Of a stretch of DNA of 64,000 bases, positions 23,100-37,018 are shown piece after piece. Source of the stretch: Bispira polyomma (taxonomy: Eukaryota). The position numbers and the translations under genes were made by a program. The notes beneath the pieces are model-generated. The model had not been told where the DNA came from. It worked only from the letters and a program-made list of their open reading frames with translations, and ran no database searches. Each line of letters opens with the position of its first letter. Positions within the stretch are counted from its first letter, which is position 1. The DNA lies in contig OZ287756.1 of the NCBI GenBank assembly GCA_965649765.1, forward strand, positions 31,620,001-31,684,000, in the 5' to 3' direction.

Positions 23100-25310
23100 A
23101 TTGCATAGTTGGTTGGATGGTTGGATGTTTTTTGTTAGTTTTGACTTCCAGATGTAATATTTAGCATAATTGTATTCATTTGATTCACAATATTATATTC
23201 ATGATCACTTTTGTTGGCAGAAGAAAAATATGTTGCCAGATATCTCCATCAAGACCATATTTCTCCGAATTTTTAATTAAACCAACTGTATTTTGTAGTT
23301 TCGTGTGCACAAAAGCATTATCTAGTGATTTAGACTTCACTGAATTAATTTCACAAGATGTATTATTTATAGTAATACATGGTGTCTGTTTTATACACAC
23401 ATTTTATACTTTGTGCATTAACCCTGAGTATTGTTTTCAATTTAGTGGGATATAATGTACTGGACTTTGCCATGAGAACCTATACTTGGAACTAATGTTA
23501 AACTTATTCTGAACTTCATTAAAAGCCATGATATTGCCATCATTATTTAAATATGTAAAATTATTATTACATGATTTTCTGCCAATTCTTTATGAAATAC
23601 TGTTGGTTCATGCACCTTATTCTATTTGTTGTACCATATAATTGAATTACATACCTCCTTATAAGTGAAATTTTCATAACATTAAGATGACCATCTTGAT
23701 CAAACTTCTTATAGAATGGATTTAACTTACTTATTATCATATTAACTTTGCATAAATATATCTGTTGTTTTGAGTAAAATTTAAACATGACTTTCCAGAT
23801 ACTATTACAATATGTGCTGATATATTTTTGCTGAATGACAGTTATTTTAGATTCCAAATCAAGTATATTTTGACCTTCAAATTCATATGTCTGTATGACA
23901 TTATCTTTAGAGCTACCTGAGAAAAATTTGTACGTCAAAGTATTTTTTTCTCTACCACCCACGATGGTATACATATGACTGAGGCCAAGTACAGAAACTC
24001 CCATTACCTTTATAATTAAAACCTTTCCTGTTAAAGACAAATTTTTCATTTTCCATGAATTCAGTGCTTTTTTTTAAGATCTGAAAGCTTTGACCCAAAA
24101 ATTTTATTGTTAGCTTCAGTTGTATTGTATGAAAAATTAACACCTAATATTTTGAAGGGCTCGTTTGGCGATTCTATATTTATATTAAAATTTTGATCAC
24201 TTGTTTATCTTGAAGATTACTCAGAAGAACTGCTTCTGTTTTTTTGCATATTAACTTAGAGAACTGATACTTTTTCTAAATCCTTCTGTATTTTGAGAAA
24301 CATTTGTGCAGATTTATTGCCTAATAATATTCCAGCGGTGTCATCTGCATACTGGAGTAACTTTATTTCCATGTTATTTATCTTGACTACACTTTTGTTT
24401 TTGTTCCCGTCTTACGGCTAAGGCTAATATTTCTACTGCTGCTTTAAATCATTATGGAGACAGTGGATCTCTTGTCATACTCCTCTAAAAAAAGCAGAAA
24501 TACCCTGACGTAAATCCATTGTCAATTATGCAACTGTAAATATATGAATACAGAATGCTCACCCATTTTCTGAATATTTTTCGTGTCTTAGTTGATTTTC
24601 ATTTATAATTTCTGGTAACACTTTCTTCATTCAAACAGCCAGTCCTTTTGTTGAAATTTTATAATCACAATTGAGTAGCGATATGAGATGCCAATGTTTC
24701 AACAAATTTCTATTCTCTTGTTTTAGGAGTGTAATAATAGCCTGCCGTCGTGATACTAAAAACATTTCTTTTTTAATTGCCTTATTAAAAGTGCTAGTCA
24801 CATTTTTCAATATTTTTCCAAAATTTTATATAAAACTCAATAGGTATACCATCATTTCCAGGGGTTTTATTTACCTAAAAAGTTTTTAAAACCTCCTCAC
24901 ATTCCTGTTTAGTTAATGTAAGACTTATTAAAAGAGCTAAAATCACAACATTTGTTCAACATAGATTTAAATAGATTTTTTTTTGTATATTCTAAAATGT
25001 CTTTATCTGTTATAACTTGTCCATCATCTAATTGCAGTTTTATCTACTTCCCTATATAATTATGTTTTTCTAAACAAAAAAAAATATTTGATGCTTTTTT
25101 TCCTTCGTCATACCATCTGACCTTTGACTTTTATAATACCCCCTAAATTTTATATTTTTCTGCCTACTTCAATAGCTGTTTGGCTCTGTCATATTTTTCT
25201 AAAATACAGCTTTGGTCTTTGTCTTCTTTATCTAGATCTTCTTTGAAATGTTGTAATTCTGCCTTTAAATTATTTTTAATTAACCTTTTCCCTTTTGCTT
25301 TTTCTATTAC
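23100..25310 (-). mobile_element. Degenerate L1/Tx1-like LINE RT fragment
   Basis: Minus-strand remnants: QYADD (ggtgtcatctgcatactg ~24340), LSLTGKVLIIK, PGNDG; many stops. Confidence 0.7.
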
Positions 25311-25345
25311 TGTATAATATACTAAATTGTCTGGTACCTATTACA

Positions 25346-25765
25346 GGTTACATTCAGCTATAAAATAATACAACAAACTGTGATAACTATGACAGCTTAC
25401 ATTCAGCTATAACATAATACAACAAACTGTGATAACTATTGCAGGTTACATTCAGCTATAAAATAATACAACAAACTGTGATAAATATAACAGGTTATAT
25501 TAAACCTTAAAAATATTACAACAAACTGTGATAAGTAATATGGTTACACAACTAAAAAAATAATACAACAAACTGAGTTAACTATTGCAGGTTACATTCA
25601 ACTGTAAAATAATACTACAAACTGAGAAAACTATTACAGTTACATACAACTATAAAATAATACAACAAACTGTCATAACTAGTAGAGGTTACATTCGACT
25701 ATAAAATAATACAACAAACTGTGATAAGTATTATATTCATCTATAAAGTAATACAACAAACTGTT
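25346..25765. repeat. 49-bp minisatellite downstream of the receptor gene A tail exon
   Basis: ~8-9 units of ggttacattcagctataaaataatacaacaaactgtgataactattgca. Confidence 0.9.
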
Positions 25766-25969
25766 TACTCATTTTGAAAAGGACAAAATGTACAGATTTT
25801 AGTATACAAAGTGCAAACTCTCTCAGTCTTACAACAGATTAAAAACAATTAATGGATGTCTGATCAATAAAACATAATTGGGTAATACCGAATCAGACTA
25901 CACATATAGTTACTGAGAAAATAAATTTAATCACTGCAGTTGTTAGATTAACAGATGTTAACTTTAAGG

Positions 25970-26215
25970 TTACATATTCAGTGGGTGTATATTTTGTCAG
26001 GAATGTTATCAATGCTACCAATTTTTTCGTAGTTAGTCTTGTCTTCATCATTCTTTATTTCTGTGTAATGCATGTCATCATACACATCCGGCTAACTTGT
26101 CTGATGCATTGTGTTCATATATTCATAATCACCACTGTGATGGCAACAATCAGAACCAGCACTGTGCTCACTGCTGCAGCAATAATTGGTGTGGATGATG
26201 GTGTGTCCTCTTTTT
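25970..26215 (-). pseudogene. Receptor gene A terminal exon (TM + cytoplasmic tail), disrupted
   Basis: Paralog of 44635-44915; post-TM deletion, in-frame TAG at 26092-26094, 1-bp frameshift near the end. Confidence 0.85.
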
Positions 26216-26973
26216 CTGATAATATTATTTAGAAAGCCAGTATTATAGTTATTTCTTTGCATATTGACATTGAAGTTGGCTACAAAGTTAGATTGTATTC
26301 AAGGTCAGAATATGTTTATTCAACTCATGAATTATCATGCAAATACAAACTGGTTAGATTTAAGTGCATATCAAGTATTTTAAAATCTTTACTATTAATT
26401 TTTAATTTTTAAATTTAACACAAACCAGTTTGTAATCATATTGTTGTATGAACCAACAATCAAATTTAATATTTTTTTCTCAATAAACTAATCTGATCTA
26501 GTCCATTTTAGGGACTAAATCGTCCCTTTGGGAGTATGCAACCATCACATTCTACTGATTTCCAAAGCCAAGGTCGAAGACAAAAACAATTAGTATTCAG
26601 CACAGGGGAAGAAGGGCTATGTTGAGAACATTTGTTAACAAAAATGTGACTTAAGATGTTTTCTAAAGGGTAAATGCTCTTTGCTGTACTTATGCATGGT
26701 GAAAAATTATTCTGTAAAGAATATTTTGCATCCTGAAAAAATTGTAATGTGTCAACCACATTTCATGTTTGGTATAACAGAGTGTGATCTAATGACTTTG
26801 CAAGAAGACACCTCTGCAAAGTATGATCTGAATAGGATAGGATTTTGACAGCAACCATGACCTAAAATAGCACATCAGCAAAGTAAACTTGTCCCGGGTT
26901 ATATTGGTTATATTGAGATTTTCATTTACAGAGTGTTTAAATAGAAGTGATAAAGTGAATCTGTTTGCCTCAC

Positions 26974-27114
26974 CCAATATACAGTCTTCTCCAGTTCTCC
27001 CAGCTATACACCCATTTGTACATGTTAGTATTTCTGAAAACTTCTCACACTTAGCATCTGTGCAGTTTTCAGAATATGGTTTACAATCTATTCCAAATGT
27101 ATCCTCTTCACATT
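26974..27114 (-). CDS. EGF-like repeat exon (MEGF10/SREC-like), gene A
   Basis: 141 bp, phase 1-1, tttcag/gtgag; CEEDTFGIDCKPYSENCTDAKCEKFSEILTCTNGCIAGRTGEDCIL. Confidence 0.85.
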
Positions 27115-27224
27115 CTGAAATGGAGTACAGTAAAAGAGTAATTTATACAGACTACTTCTGTGAATCTATATTTGCAGATAGTTTATACGTGTAATTAGGT
27201 GATTATAAATTTTTATTTTCTCCC

Positions 27225-27365
27225 CAAGTGAACAATCATCTCCAGTTCTCTCAGCTATACACCCAGCTGTACATGTTAGTGTTTCTGAAAACTTCTCACA
27301 CTTTGCATCTGTGCAGTTCTCAAAACATGGTTTACAGCCTATTACATAGGCATCCCCTTAACATT
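27225..27365 (-). pseudogene. Dead EGF exon copy
   Basis: TAA directly after the first Cys codon; donor GT mutated to GG. Confidence 0.85.
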
Positions 27366-28427
27366 CTGAAATAGAGTACAATACAAGAATAATTTGTAGA
27401 AATTTGTAGTACTATGTTTTGCATTTGAAAATGTTGTTCAAATCAGAATTCCATTGCATAACAGATAAACAATATATAACATTCCGGATGGTCACAAACT
27501 ATTCATAATCTAAATGACAGAGGTACCAGAAAATATAAGTTTAGATGCAGTTTCCAAAAAACTTTCTAGTTCTAGTTCTTTAATAGTTCTGTCAATAGGT
27601 AAACCTTGCCATATCTAATGTTCATGCGTTTTATTTTTGTTAATTACTTATTTTCTGTTATTCTGTCTCAATAAGTAGGGCTCACCATTAACATTTAGAG
27701 ATTATATCCATTGAAATAAAATGTCTATTTCTATCCATATTAAAATGGATATACTCAACATAGTATATCACTGCTCTCTTCAGATTTTGAATTTTTGAAT
27801 TGTTCAGAAACAGCCAACGAGCAACAGTAACTGTCCCACATAACCAGGTATATCACCTGGCTACTGGGAATATGTATAACAATGACAGATGTAAAACATT
27901 TAAATTATTCAATTAGTAAGCACTATAATCCTATGCAGGAATGTTACCATCTAGGCCATAGTTGAAGAACCACATATTGTTTTCTGTGGTGTGTAAGTTT
28001 AAAGTTTTGTCAATCTGCATAAGGCAAGCTAAAATAGTTCATGGAAGAGCCACACAAGTGTATTATAATGAAAACTTCCCTGTGGCATGTACACACATTT
28101 TTTGTGACATTAGAATATCAAGGATAATATACAGCTGGTGATATAAAGCATCACAAATGTTACAAAAAGTACATATTGGCAATCTAGTAATGATTTCTAG
28201 TCAGCATTACAATGCATATACGCCAGCTAAAATATCCAGTTGGAATTTGTGAGTACAAAAACACATCTCCCAAAATTACACATCATCTGTGTCAAGTTAT
28301 CTTAGTATCTTAATTTATTTTCTGTTTTATTTGAACCTAACTTATTATAATGATAATTTGGCATCTTCATTGACAGAGTGTTTATATAGGTGTGATAATG
28401 TGATTGAAATCAATTCTATTGTCTCAC

Positions 28428-28568
28428 CACTTGAACAATCATCTCCAGTTTTACCAGCTACACACCCATCTGTACAGTTCTGTGTTTCTAAAAACTTCTC
28501 ACATTTTGTATCATTGCAATTCTCAGAAGACGGTTTACAACCTATTCCATACGTATCCCCTTCACATT
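28428..28568 (-). CDS. EGF-like repeat exon, gene A
   Basis: 141 bp, phase 1-1, open; CEGDTYGIGCKPSSENCNDTKCEKFLETQNCTDGCVAGKTGDDCSS. Confidence 0.85.
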
Positions 28569-29302
28569 CTGAAATGGAGTACAGTACAAGTATTTTTTGT
28601 AGTTATGCATAGTGCAAGGTTTTGTATTTAAAATTTTTGTTAGATTCAGAATTTCATTGAATAGGAGATAAATAATAGATACAAATCTGGGAAAGTGGAC
28701 AAAACATTTAGAAATCTTTAGTTGAAAGACAGTAGTAAACATAATATAAGTTTAGATATATACCTTCCTATAACATATAACAGATTTGTAAAGGTTGAAA
28801 CTAAATATATTTCCTCTAAAGATGTCAACTACTGACTGACAGGTCACTATACATGTTTGAAAATATTGCAAATTGATTGTACAAAGGGTAATATAGGGTA
28901 TCTGCAAAATGTCTTAAGAATGCTTCTTAATTTTCTAATATACATGACTTAATGCACTTTAGTTTCAAAACAGCTCATTATTATTGAGTCTCAATAATTA
29001 GGTTGGTCCTGTACATTTAGAGAATAAGTCTATTAAAATAAAATGTTTTACTCCAGGCAGTACTTCCCTGTTCTCTGCAAATAACTGCCACACATCATCA
29101 GGGTATATCACCCTGAAACTGAGAATAAGTACAATAATGAAAGGTGTGCAACATTTAAATGGTTGACTGAGGAGACACTATAATCGTATGAAAGAATGTT
29201 TTCATCCAGGTCATGGTGGAAGAACACTTATTCCAGGTTCTATATTTTAGTGTTGGACCATGTCTGTATACTGACTACTTTAGGGGATCTTTATTTTCTC
29301 AC

Positions 29303-29443
29303 CTAGTGAACAGTCATCTCCAATTGTACCAGCTATACACCCATCTGCACAGGTCATTGTTTCTGGAAACGTCTCACACTTTGCATCTGTGCAGTTCTCA
29401 GAACATGGTTGACAACCTATTGAATAGTTATCCCCTTCACATA
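29303..29443 (-). CDS. EGF-like repeat exon, gene A
   Basis: 141 bp, phase 1-1, open; CEGDNYSIGCQPCSENCTDAKCETFPETMTCADGCIAGTIGDDCSL. Confidence 0.85.
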
Positions 29444-30429
29444 CTGCAACAGAAAGTACAAAATTTTATGGGTAAGTGGTTCTGACCAATAATGTACATT
29501 CTAACACAGAATACACGATACAATTAATTTACAGTCAGTCCACTTTAGATGGTACGATAGTATAAGGATGAGATGCAGAACATAAGTATACAAGTCAGTG
29601 AAGGAATTCTATTTTTTACATGTTAGTAATATGTACAGATTTACAATAGTAAAATTACAATGGCTACTTTAAACTGTTAAGCCCAACACAGACACATAGA
29701 ATGGTTAATACTTGAGAATATAGGATCAGCCAACCTAAATGCATATAAACAAAATAATAAAATAGTTAAATTAGCACACAAATCATAACAGAAAGTATTA
29801 TCACTGAAGTTTATGTGCATAAAATATCCGATACTGTTACATTACAAAGAATATGCAAATGACCATAGCATTGGTGTGTTATCATTGGTGAGAGCTTAAA
29901 GGCCATCAATCTGACATACAACTACATTCTGGTAAGTGCAAAAATATTGAAATTCAACTTAAACTTCATCAAAACTATAAAAGGTCCATATCCTACACTA
30001 AATGGTGTCTTTTGAATTAGCTACATTGACATTTTTACAAGGATTTGCCAACTAGTATCAACCTGGAATCAGTCCTAGTAAGTCCTGCATTACTGACTCT
30101 TCCCGACTTATGCCTAACAATGGGTTTATGTTGAACAAGATAATAATAGTCTGCCAACTGCTGGATTACTGGGGCTTTAATATTCAGGAATTATATTAAA
30201 GTCTCTACATTTGACATAATCCTATCCCTCTGAAATTTCTGGTCTAACTGGGAGTAGTGTCTACTAGTACTGGCCACTTTCCACAATTGACCGAGAAGGT
30301 TAATTTGAATGGAATATGTAGCTATTTCCTTTTGTGCTGTAGATTTATTTGCAGATCTATTGGGTTTGTTATGTAACATTCATCAAGTCTTTTTCTGAAA
30401 CGCAAAATATATCTGTATTGTCCTTAATA

Positions 30430-31510
30430 CATAATAAAGGTGAATTCACACCTCAAAAAATGATAGACCCATCAGTTTGACAAATGTTGATTATAGGATA
30501 CTCGCCTTTGCATTGTCATTACACCTTCAGAAAGTTATTACAAACATTATTTCACCTGAGCAAACCGGTTACATTAAGAGCCGTTTCATAGGAACTAATA
30601 TTAGAGCTATACTCAATATATGTGAAAATATTGAAAAAAGAAATATTGAAAAAGCCTTTGACAGTGAGGAATGGCCTTTTTTATTTTCCACTCTGAAAAA
30701 ATTCAAATTTGGTGCACAATTTATCAGATGGATAAAAATACTGTACAAAGAACCAAAAGCTATTATAAAAAATAATGGCTACCTCTCTGATAAAGTTAAT
30801 ATAATGCGTGGAATAAGACAAGGATGTTCTATACCTACTTTACTCTTCATTCTTATAGCTAAAATATTTGCCCATAAGATTAAATATTCTAACTCATTGA
30901 AAGGGGTCACTGTAAAAGAAGGGCTCAAGAAATTTGAATTTAAATCATTTTAATATGCTGATGATATTAGTTTGTTTCTTCAAAATGATAATGAAATACC
31001 TAAGGCTTTTGAAATTATATCAAAATTTACTACAGTAGCAGGCCCTAAGCTAAACATGTCAAAGACTGAAGGTATTTGGCTTGGCATCAATAAACATAAG
31101 CAACAAAATTGCCATACAGCTAGAATCAATTGGCCCACTGCCCCAGTCAAATGTCTAGGAATATATATTGGTACTGATGAAAATGAATGCATGAAATTAA
31201 ATTGGGACCACAAATTACAGAAAATTCAATCAGAACTCATTTCTTGGAAAAAGAGAAAGCTAACTCTCTTTGAAAAAATCACTATTATAAATTCCTTATT
31301 CATACCCAAACGAATCTTTCCAGCGCACTTTTTGAATGTACCATCCTACGTTATTAAAAGTATGAATAAAGTTTTATATAATTTTTATGGCATAGTCATG
31401 ACCGAATTAAAAGAAATACTCTTATTGCAGATTACAGTGAAGGTGGACTAAAAATGATAGATGCTGAATCTCAAATCCAAGCCTTGAAAGCCTCCTGGGC
31501 TCATTGGTAT
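30430..31510 (+). mobile_element. L1/Tx1-like LINE RT fragment
   Basis: LTNVDYRILA, QTGYIKSRFIG, EKAFDS, RGIRQGC, YADD, CLGIYI motifs; stops and frameshifts. Confidence 0.85.
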
Positions 31511-32293
31511 ACAAAATTTTGTATCAAGTTGTCTATCCTTAGTGTTTATAGTCTAAAGTACCAAATCAATATGGAGTACAGGGAACAAGCCTTAGGTTGA
31601 TAGGTATAATGAATTGTGATTGGATGGGAGAAGGAATAGACAGAAAGTGTTGAAAGTATAGAAAGGTGTGCAATTTTTTAAAAGTACTACAAAATTTTGG
31701 TTTGTGGACTAAAAAAGCAGTCGCCTTAAGAGGTCCTGCTTTGCATATGTACAGTAGAACTATTTGCGTGAAGATTTTGTTCAAATTAATATAAATATAA
31801 AGAAATAAATCTAGCTGTAGGTATTCCTGTAATTGATTGGATATAGGTGACAACTCAAAAATACATTTCATCACCACATGATACCACCAGTTTACGTGTA
31901 CCAAAGTCACAAATGACTTCCCTTAATATATACAGACTGGTCACATTCTTTCTTTTAGAATTCTCTCTCAACCTATTTGTTAGAAAATGCTTATCATGAT
32001 TAGCTGTCCCAAAATACCAAATTGTCATGTTCCGTAAAACAGCAAAGCCATCATTGCAGTTTACTGTGACTGTTGATCATAAAAAAAACTTTTTGTGACA
32101 CAAAATTGCTATGTAATGACCTTTCAGTGACAATCCTGAATACAATGCTTATGTAGGTACTTCTATACAGTCATTTTTAATCTGTTTGCCTTAGATGCCC
32201 TGTTTGAATGAATTGATAAATTAATTAAATGAAAATTTAGACTGTATCCTTAATTTCACTTCTGAAATATTTATGTAATATGATAATTATTAC

Positions 32294-32430
32294 CTGATTT
32301 ACAGCTTTTCCCTGTATACCGTACAACCACCAAAACAGACACCAGTCTCTGAGGTCCAGTCACACTGAGGGTTCTGACAGTGACAACACTGATTACACTG
32401 CAATAATAAATTAATGACCATTGCATTTAA
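32294..32430 (-). pseudogene. Degenerate EGF-like exon, gene A
   Basis: CNQCCHCQNPQCDWTSETGVCFGGC then frameshifted YTGKSCKS, donor gtaata; acceptor uncertain. Confidence 0.65.
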
Positions 32431-33029
32431 AACGTATGCTATTTTATGTTTTTAGACATCCTAATTCTGGTACACTATTATTAAGTATTATTTAATTTGA
32501 TCATATTTCTAAAGGCTACAAAACTTTATCACACATATGCTTTAAGAATAAATATATATACAAATTTGTAGTAAAATCTTGTTTCTATTTGATTAACATT
32601 TCCAATAAATACAATTTTTGCTACGCATAATTTTGATTAATATGCTAATTTATTCACCGAACATAAGTGTTACAGAATGAAATACAAAACAAAATAAATA
32701 GAATAGATTTTACTCATCCATTTTGTGAAAATACTTTAGTTTAATCGCATGTCAAAGTATTCACTAGTTTTGAAAAGATGCATAGTTCCAAAGGTGTTCG
32801 AATTACTGTATATTACACCATATTTTTAAATTTCAATGCATGACCAAACACTGACCTTCTATTTCTATTTAACACATATGTAAAATGTTTAAAATATCGT
32901 TTTGTCTCTCTTCTTTCTTGATCAATATGTAACTAAAAATAAGAACAAATATATGTTAAAGAAATCACTAGGTAAAATCAAATCTGCTGAAAGTAGAAAA
33001 CCTGTCCTGATATATCATTCAAATTTGAT

Positions 33030-33570
33030 GGTCTTTCAGTTCCCTTTGCTCTTTCAGTTCCCTTTTATAAAACTATCCTCGTTCCCTCCCCTGTGTTTCA
33101 CTAAATAGCTATCAACCAATTATCAATAAAAAAAATCTTATTTAGCTTGTGTGTTCCCTTAGGTACGCACTACATCGTTTTAAACCCAGGAACCCAAGGG
33201 TCCACACACAAGTTTCAAGAAATTCAGCCGCTTCCCTTTCCACTAAGTTTAAGAAAACTTACTGTGAATTTTTAATTACCATTAATATAATCTCATTGTT
33301 GTTACCCTACATTTGCCACATGCCCAATTAAGGCTTAGGATTACCTTAGCACATAATTTTTGCTGCTCTGGAGTGAAAGGATTTGGGTCTTGCGCTATGT
33401 GGAGGGTGGGTCCAGCCTTCTTAGCTCTTCCCTGAGCATCACGCTTAGGGAGCCACAGTGGAATATTGGTGCAAAGAGGCTGGACTTCCCTCTACTAGGC
33501 AACTGGGTGCCTCAGGCTCCCAATCCTTTGTCACTTCAGGTTGCCGAACAATAAGAAATTTTTTTTGCGT
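33030..33570 (+). mobile_element. Orphan 3'-end relic of a Ngaro-like element containing the structured RNA homolog
   Basis: 33362-33544 aligns with the reverse complement of 8654-8826; 33030-33250 weakly resembles repeat A and its flank. Confidence 0.55.
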
Positions 33571-34511
33571 GTCATTTTCTAATAACATTTAGCAATGTTA
33601 GCCACTATGACCTGCATGGTCAAGGTTTATGTATGATGTAGTACTATTACTACTTGCTTCTGCTGCTATCTGCTAAATACACTAGAAGGAAATGTGAACG
33701 TGAAAGAATAAATATTGCAACAATGTCCTTTGTTCAGGCATATACCATTGTTGGAATAAATAGATTTTGATATTAATACTGTTCTTGTTAAATAATTTTA
33801 TATAAAGTAAAAAGACCATATTTCAAAAGTTAACCAATTTTTAGATGGCTGTAAGATATGCCAACATTCAAATGTTACATCAATGACATTTTAAAAATAT
33901 TTAAACTTAGCTTATAATTATAAAGTAAAAATTGTTATTTGTATGAGTATGCGATCAGTGACAACATCCAAACACATTACTCTTTGTGTTGTTATAACAT
34001 ACTTACTCTATGGGGAGTGATATATTACAAATCTAGAGTGACATAAAATCCCATTCTATAAATTGCATTGATCACAAATTGCATTTATCTACATTAACAT
34101 ATCCTTTAAATCACAGCTAGTTTGGTATACTACATTAGATACACAGACAAGTGGAGAGCTATTCAGAAAGTCAGTTGCCTCAGTCGAAAATTTTAATATT
34201 GTCATCATATGATTAATGCCCTACATAGGATCACATTATAGTTTTGTATATTTATTAAATTTCATGCAATCTGTGCCAAATATAAACATCATGTAAAACT
34301 AAATTTGGCATACAATTGTAATAAATGAAAGGTAACTAATTTTACAAAAAGGAAACACAACTTTTATTAATCTCGCAGCTAAAATAATTTCTCTGTTTAA
34401 ATATCAATTAATTTCTGTTTATACGACTAATACGCTTGTTATCTTATTTCAATAATTTGTAGATAGAGTCAGATTGAAAAATGAACAAGTAGCTTTTATA
34501 TATTTTTTTAC

Positions 34512-34650
34512 CTAGCCATAATGGGTGATCTGCAAGTTATTTGGTAACTGTCTGAAACTGTATCCTCCCTATATCCACATTCTACATTGTCTTGTGAATT
34601 ATGTTGTGAAGTATTAGACCCATAAACTGTAAACTGTGAAAGTCTCTCTT
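34512..34650 (-). CDS. F-type lectin (fucolectin/FTP) domain, exon 2
   Basis: ttttcag acceptor, gtaaaa donor; ERLSQFTVYGSNT...VECGY...YQITCRSPIMAR. Confidence 0.75.
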
Positions 34651-34678
34651 CTGAAAACAATATATTACAGCATACAAA

Positions 34679-35788
34679 AACTAGACCTAGCACATTGGAA
34701 AACTCTGCGTAACCACCAGAAAGACAGAGCACCTTAGGTAGGAAGCACCCAAACTATGGCTACCCTCTTCTGACATTGAAGGAGGGGCCCAAGGTCAAAT
34801 CTGACCACATCAAAAGAATCTCAGTCCATGATTACCTATACGTTGGTTTTACATTTGAAACCTGTAGGACCAATAATAAGCGAGTTATAAGCCCTTTTAA
34901 GTTTGGCTATTAACATTTGACCTTGAACGAGGGGCCCAAGGTCAAACCTGACCACACCAGAAGACTCTCAGCACATGATTTTCTATATGTTGCTTTTACA
35001 TCTCAAAAATGTAGGACCAATACTAAGTGATTTATAAGCCCTTTTAAGTTTAACTACCCTCGTCTGACCTTGATGGAGGGGCCCACATCAGAAGATTCCC
35101 AGCCCATGATTTTTTTTAGGTAGGCTTTACATGCCAAAGCTCTATAAACAATAATAAGCGAGTTATAAGCACTTTTAAGTTTGGATACCTTGTTTGACCT
35201 TGAATGAGGGGCCCAAGTTCAAACCTAATCCCATCAGAAGATTCCTGGCCCATGATTTCCTATAGGTGGGCTTCACATACCAAACCTCTAGGACCAATAA
35301 TAAGAGAGATATAGGCACTTTTAAAGTTCGCTATGTGGAGTACTCTGGCACTCCGTGGATGGCCTTCAATTAATAGCATCAAGGTCAAATGTCTGCATGC
35401 TTGTAGAGGACATATATATCTGTTGTACATATCACCTATGAAGAGACTTAACCTTCTAGTTTCGAGAACCAGCCAGTAAAAAAAGGTGGATAATTTTCAA
35501 AGAAGTGCCGATGGCAGCCATCTTGTTTTTTAGAATGAGACTCCTTTTCAGTTGCAGAGAAGCTTACCTCCCAATGAAGATATCCTGCAAATTTGGTGAA
35601 GCTAGCTGGTCTAGTTTTCCGCTGAGAGTGTTAATGTCGAAAATCTCTCTAAAAAGGTGGATAATTTTCAAAGAAATGCCGATGGTTTAGTTTTCTGCTG
35701 AGAGTGTTAACGACGAAAATCTCTCTACGGCGGCAGCGGCATAGCCAACACTAAACCAAAGTATCCACAGGATCGGTGGATACAATTA
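34679..35788 (+). mobile_element. Helentron-associated (HINE/DINE-1/pearl-like) non-autonomous element
   Basis: aactag start, four ~146-bp core repeats (gaggggcccaaggtcaaa at ~34783, 34929, 35076, 35206), cgg microsatellite, 3' hairpin gtatccac-N7-gtggatac. Confidence 0.75.
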
Positions 35789-36071
35789 TTGAATGCAAAA
35801 TATTTATGATTCAGACAATATAAGACTCAAATAAGTAACTTAATATTATTGTTGAAATTATTGTTAAGGTGTATGAATTTATAGAATGCATGTGATTGAC
35901 TATGTCTACAGCTGTAATTCTCTCTCAAAGTGGTTTTTATCATGCATTTTATATCTGTATCATGAACAAAATGTACAATGTAGATATTAACCTGAATTTA
36001 AAACACCACTCAGATACAAAATGTGTCAGGAACATAATAACATTACAAAATAAAATTACAAAAATACTAAC

Positions 36072-36296
36072 GGTAGTTGAATCTATTGAAAACTTTGACA
36101 GAGTTTACAATGTATGCTTGTCCTAAGTCCACCCACCACCAGACTGTTCCTGAAGCTCCATTAGTGTGTGTACAACAATTATTTTCCATGTTGGGATCAT
36201 AACACCCATCAATGGCAGCAGAACTAAGGTATCTATCGTTCCTGTAGTTTGAGGACTGAGCTGTGGTCTTACCAGTTAAGTCTAGTCTTATAGGAT
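36072..36296 (-). CDS. F-type lectin (fucolectin/FTP) domain, exon 1
   Basis: 225 bp, phase 1-1; GKTTAQSS..SSAAIDG..CCTHT..WWWVDLG..VKVFNR signature. Confidence 0.88.
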
Positions 36297-37018
36297 CTGC
36301 AGTAACTGTCAATAAACAATAACATATGCGGTTATGTTCAACTACATGTTACAATACTAAATGTATGAAAATTGGTGATAGTTTTAAATAGTTAAAACCT
36401 GGTGTAAAAGTACGAAGGGCGTATTTAAACCTAAACGTGAAGTACCGTAGAGTAAAGGATAATTTGTTTCTTGTTTGTCAACATAATATCTTCATAAATG
36501 GACTTAGCAATTATTCATTGTAACCTCAGGTTCCCTAGCTGATGCCAAGGTAAGTGAAGTGACTACAAGCTGCAAGAGGGTGAGTATGGTAAGTAATGAG
36601 AAATGAAACAAGTTTATAAAACATTTGGGCTATTATGTAAACACACATAACACAACTTAAGATTACCTTAGCTTATGGTTGCATACCCTGGAGGTGGAGT
36701 ACCATGTCACCCAACCTTATGGCTACCTTAGCTTAAGTTCACTTTAAGGTTACCTTACATTAAGGGGAGTTTAGTTCAAGTTAGGACACCCTTGCATGCT
36801 GGAGTTTAAGGCTTGCTTAGGTTAGCTGGAAAAATTGCTAGATACCCTATAATGGTTTGGGTTCTGAGATCCTGCTGGACCAAGTACTATTAACAGTTAT
36901 ACAGAATAAGGAATGTGTATTTTTAAATTAGAAAAAAGGCTGTGGAAAGCCTGAACTTTGATTGATATGCTGCTGTTGTCCTTGGGCGAAACCCAGATAT
37001 TAAATGTATTAGTACTTA

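Noticed and set aside
25346-25765. CRISPR-like array
   Set aside because: Units are contiguous with no unique spacers, no cas genes, eukaryotic context
26889-27194. Plus-strand ORFs at 26889, 28289, 29213, 25981 and 44590
   Set aside because: Antisense shadows of minus-strand exons
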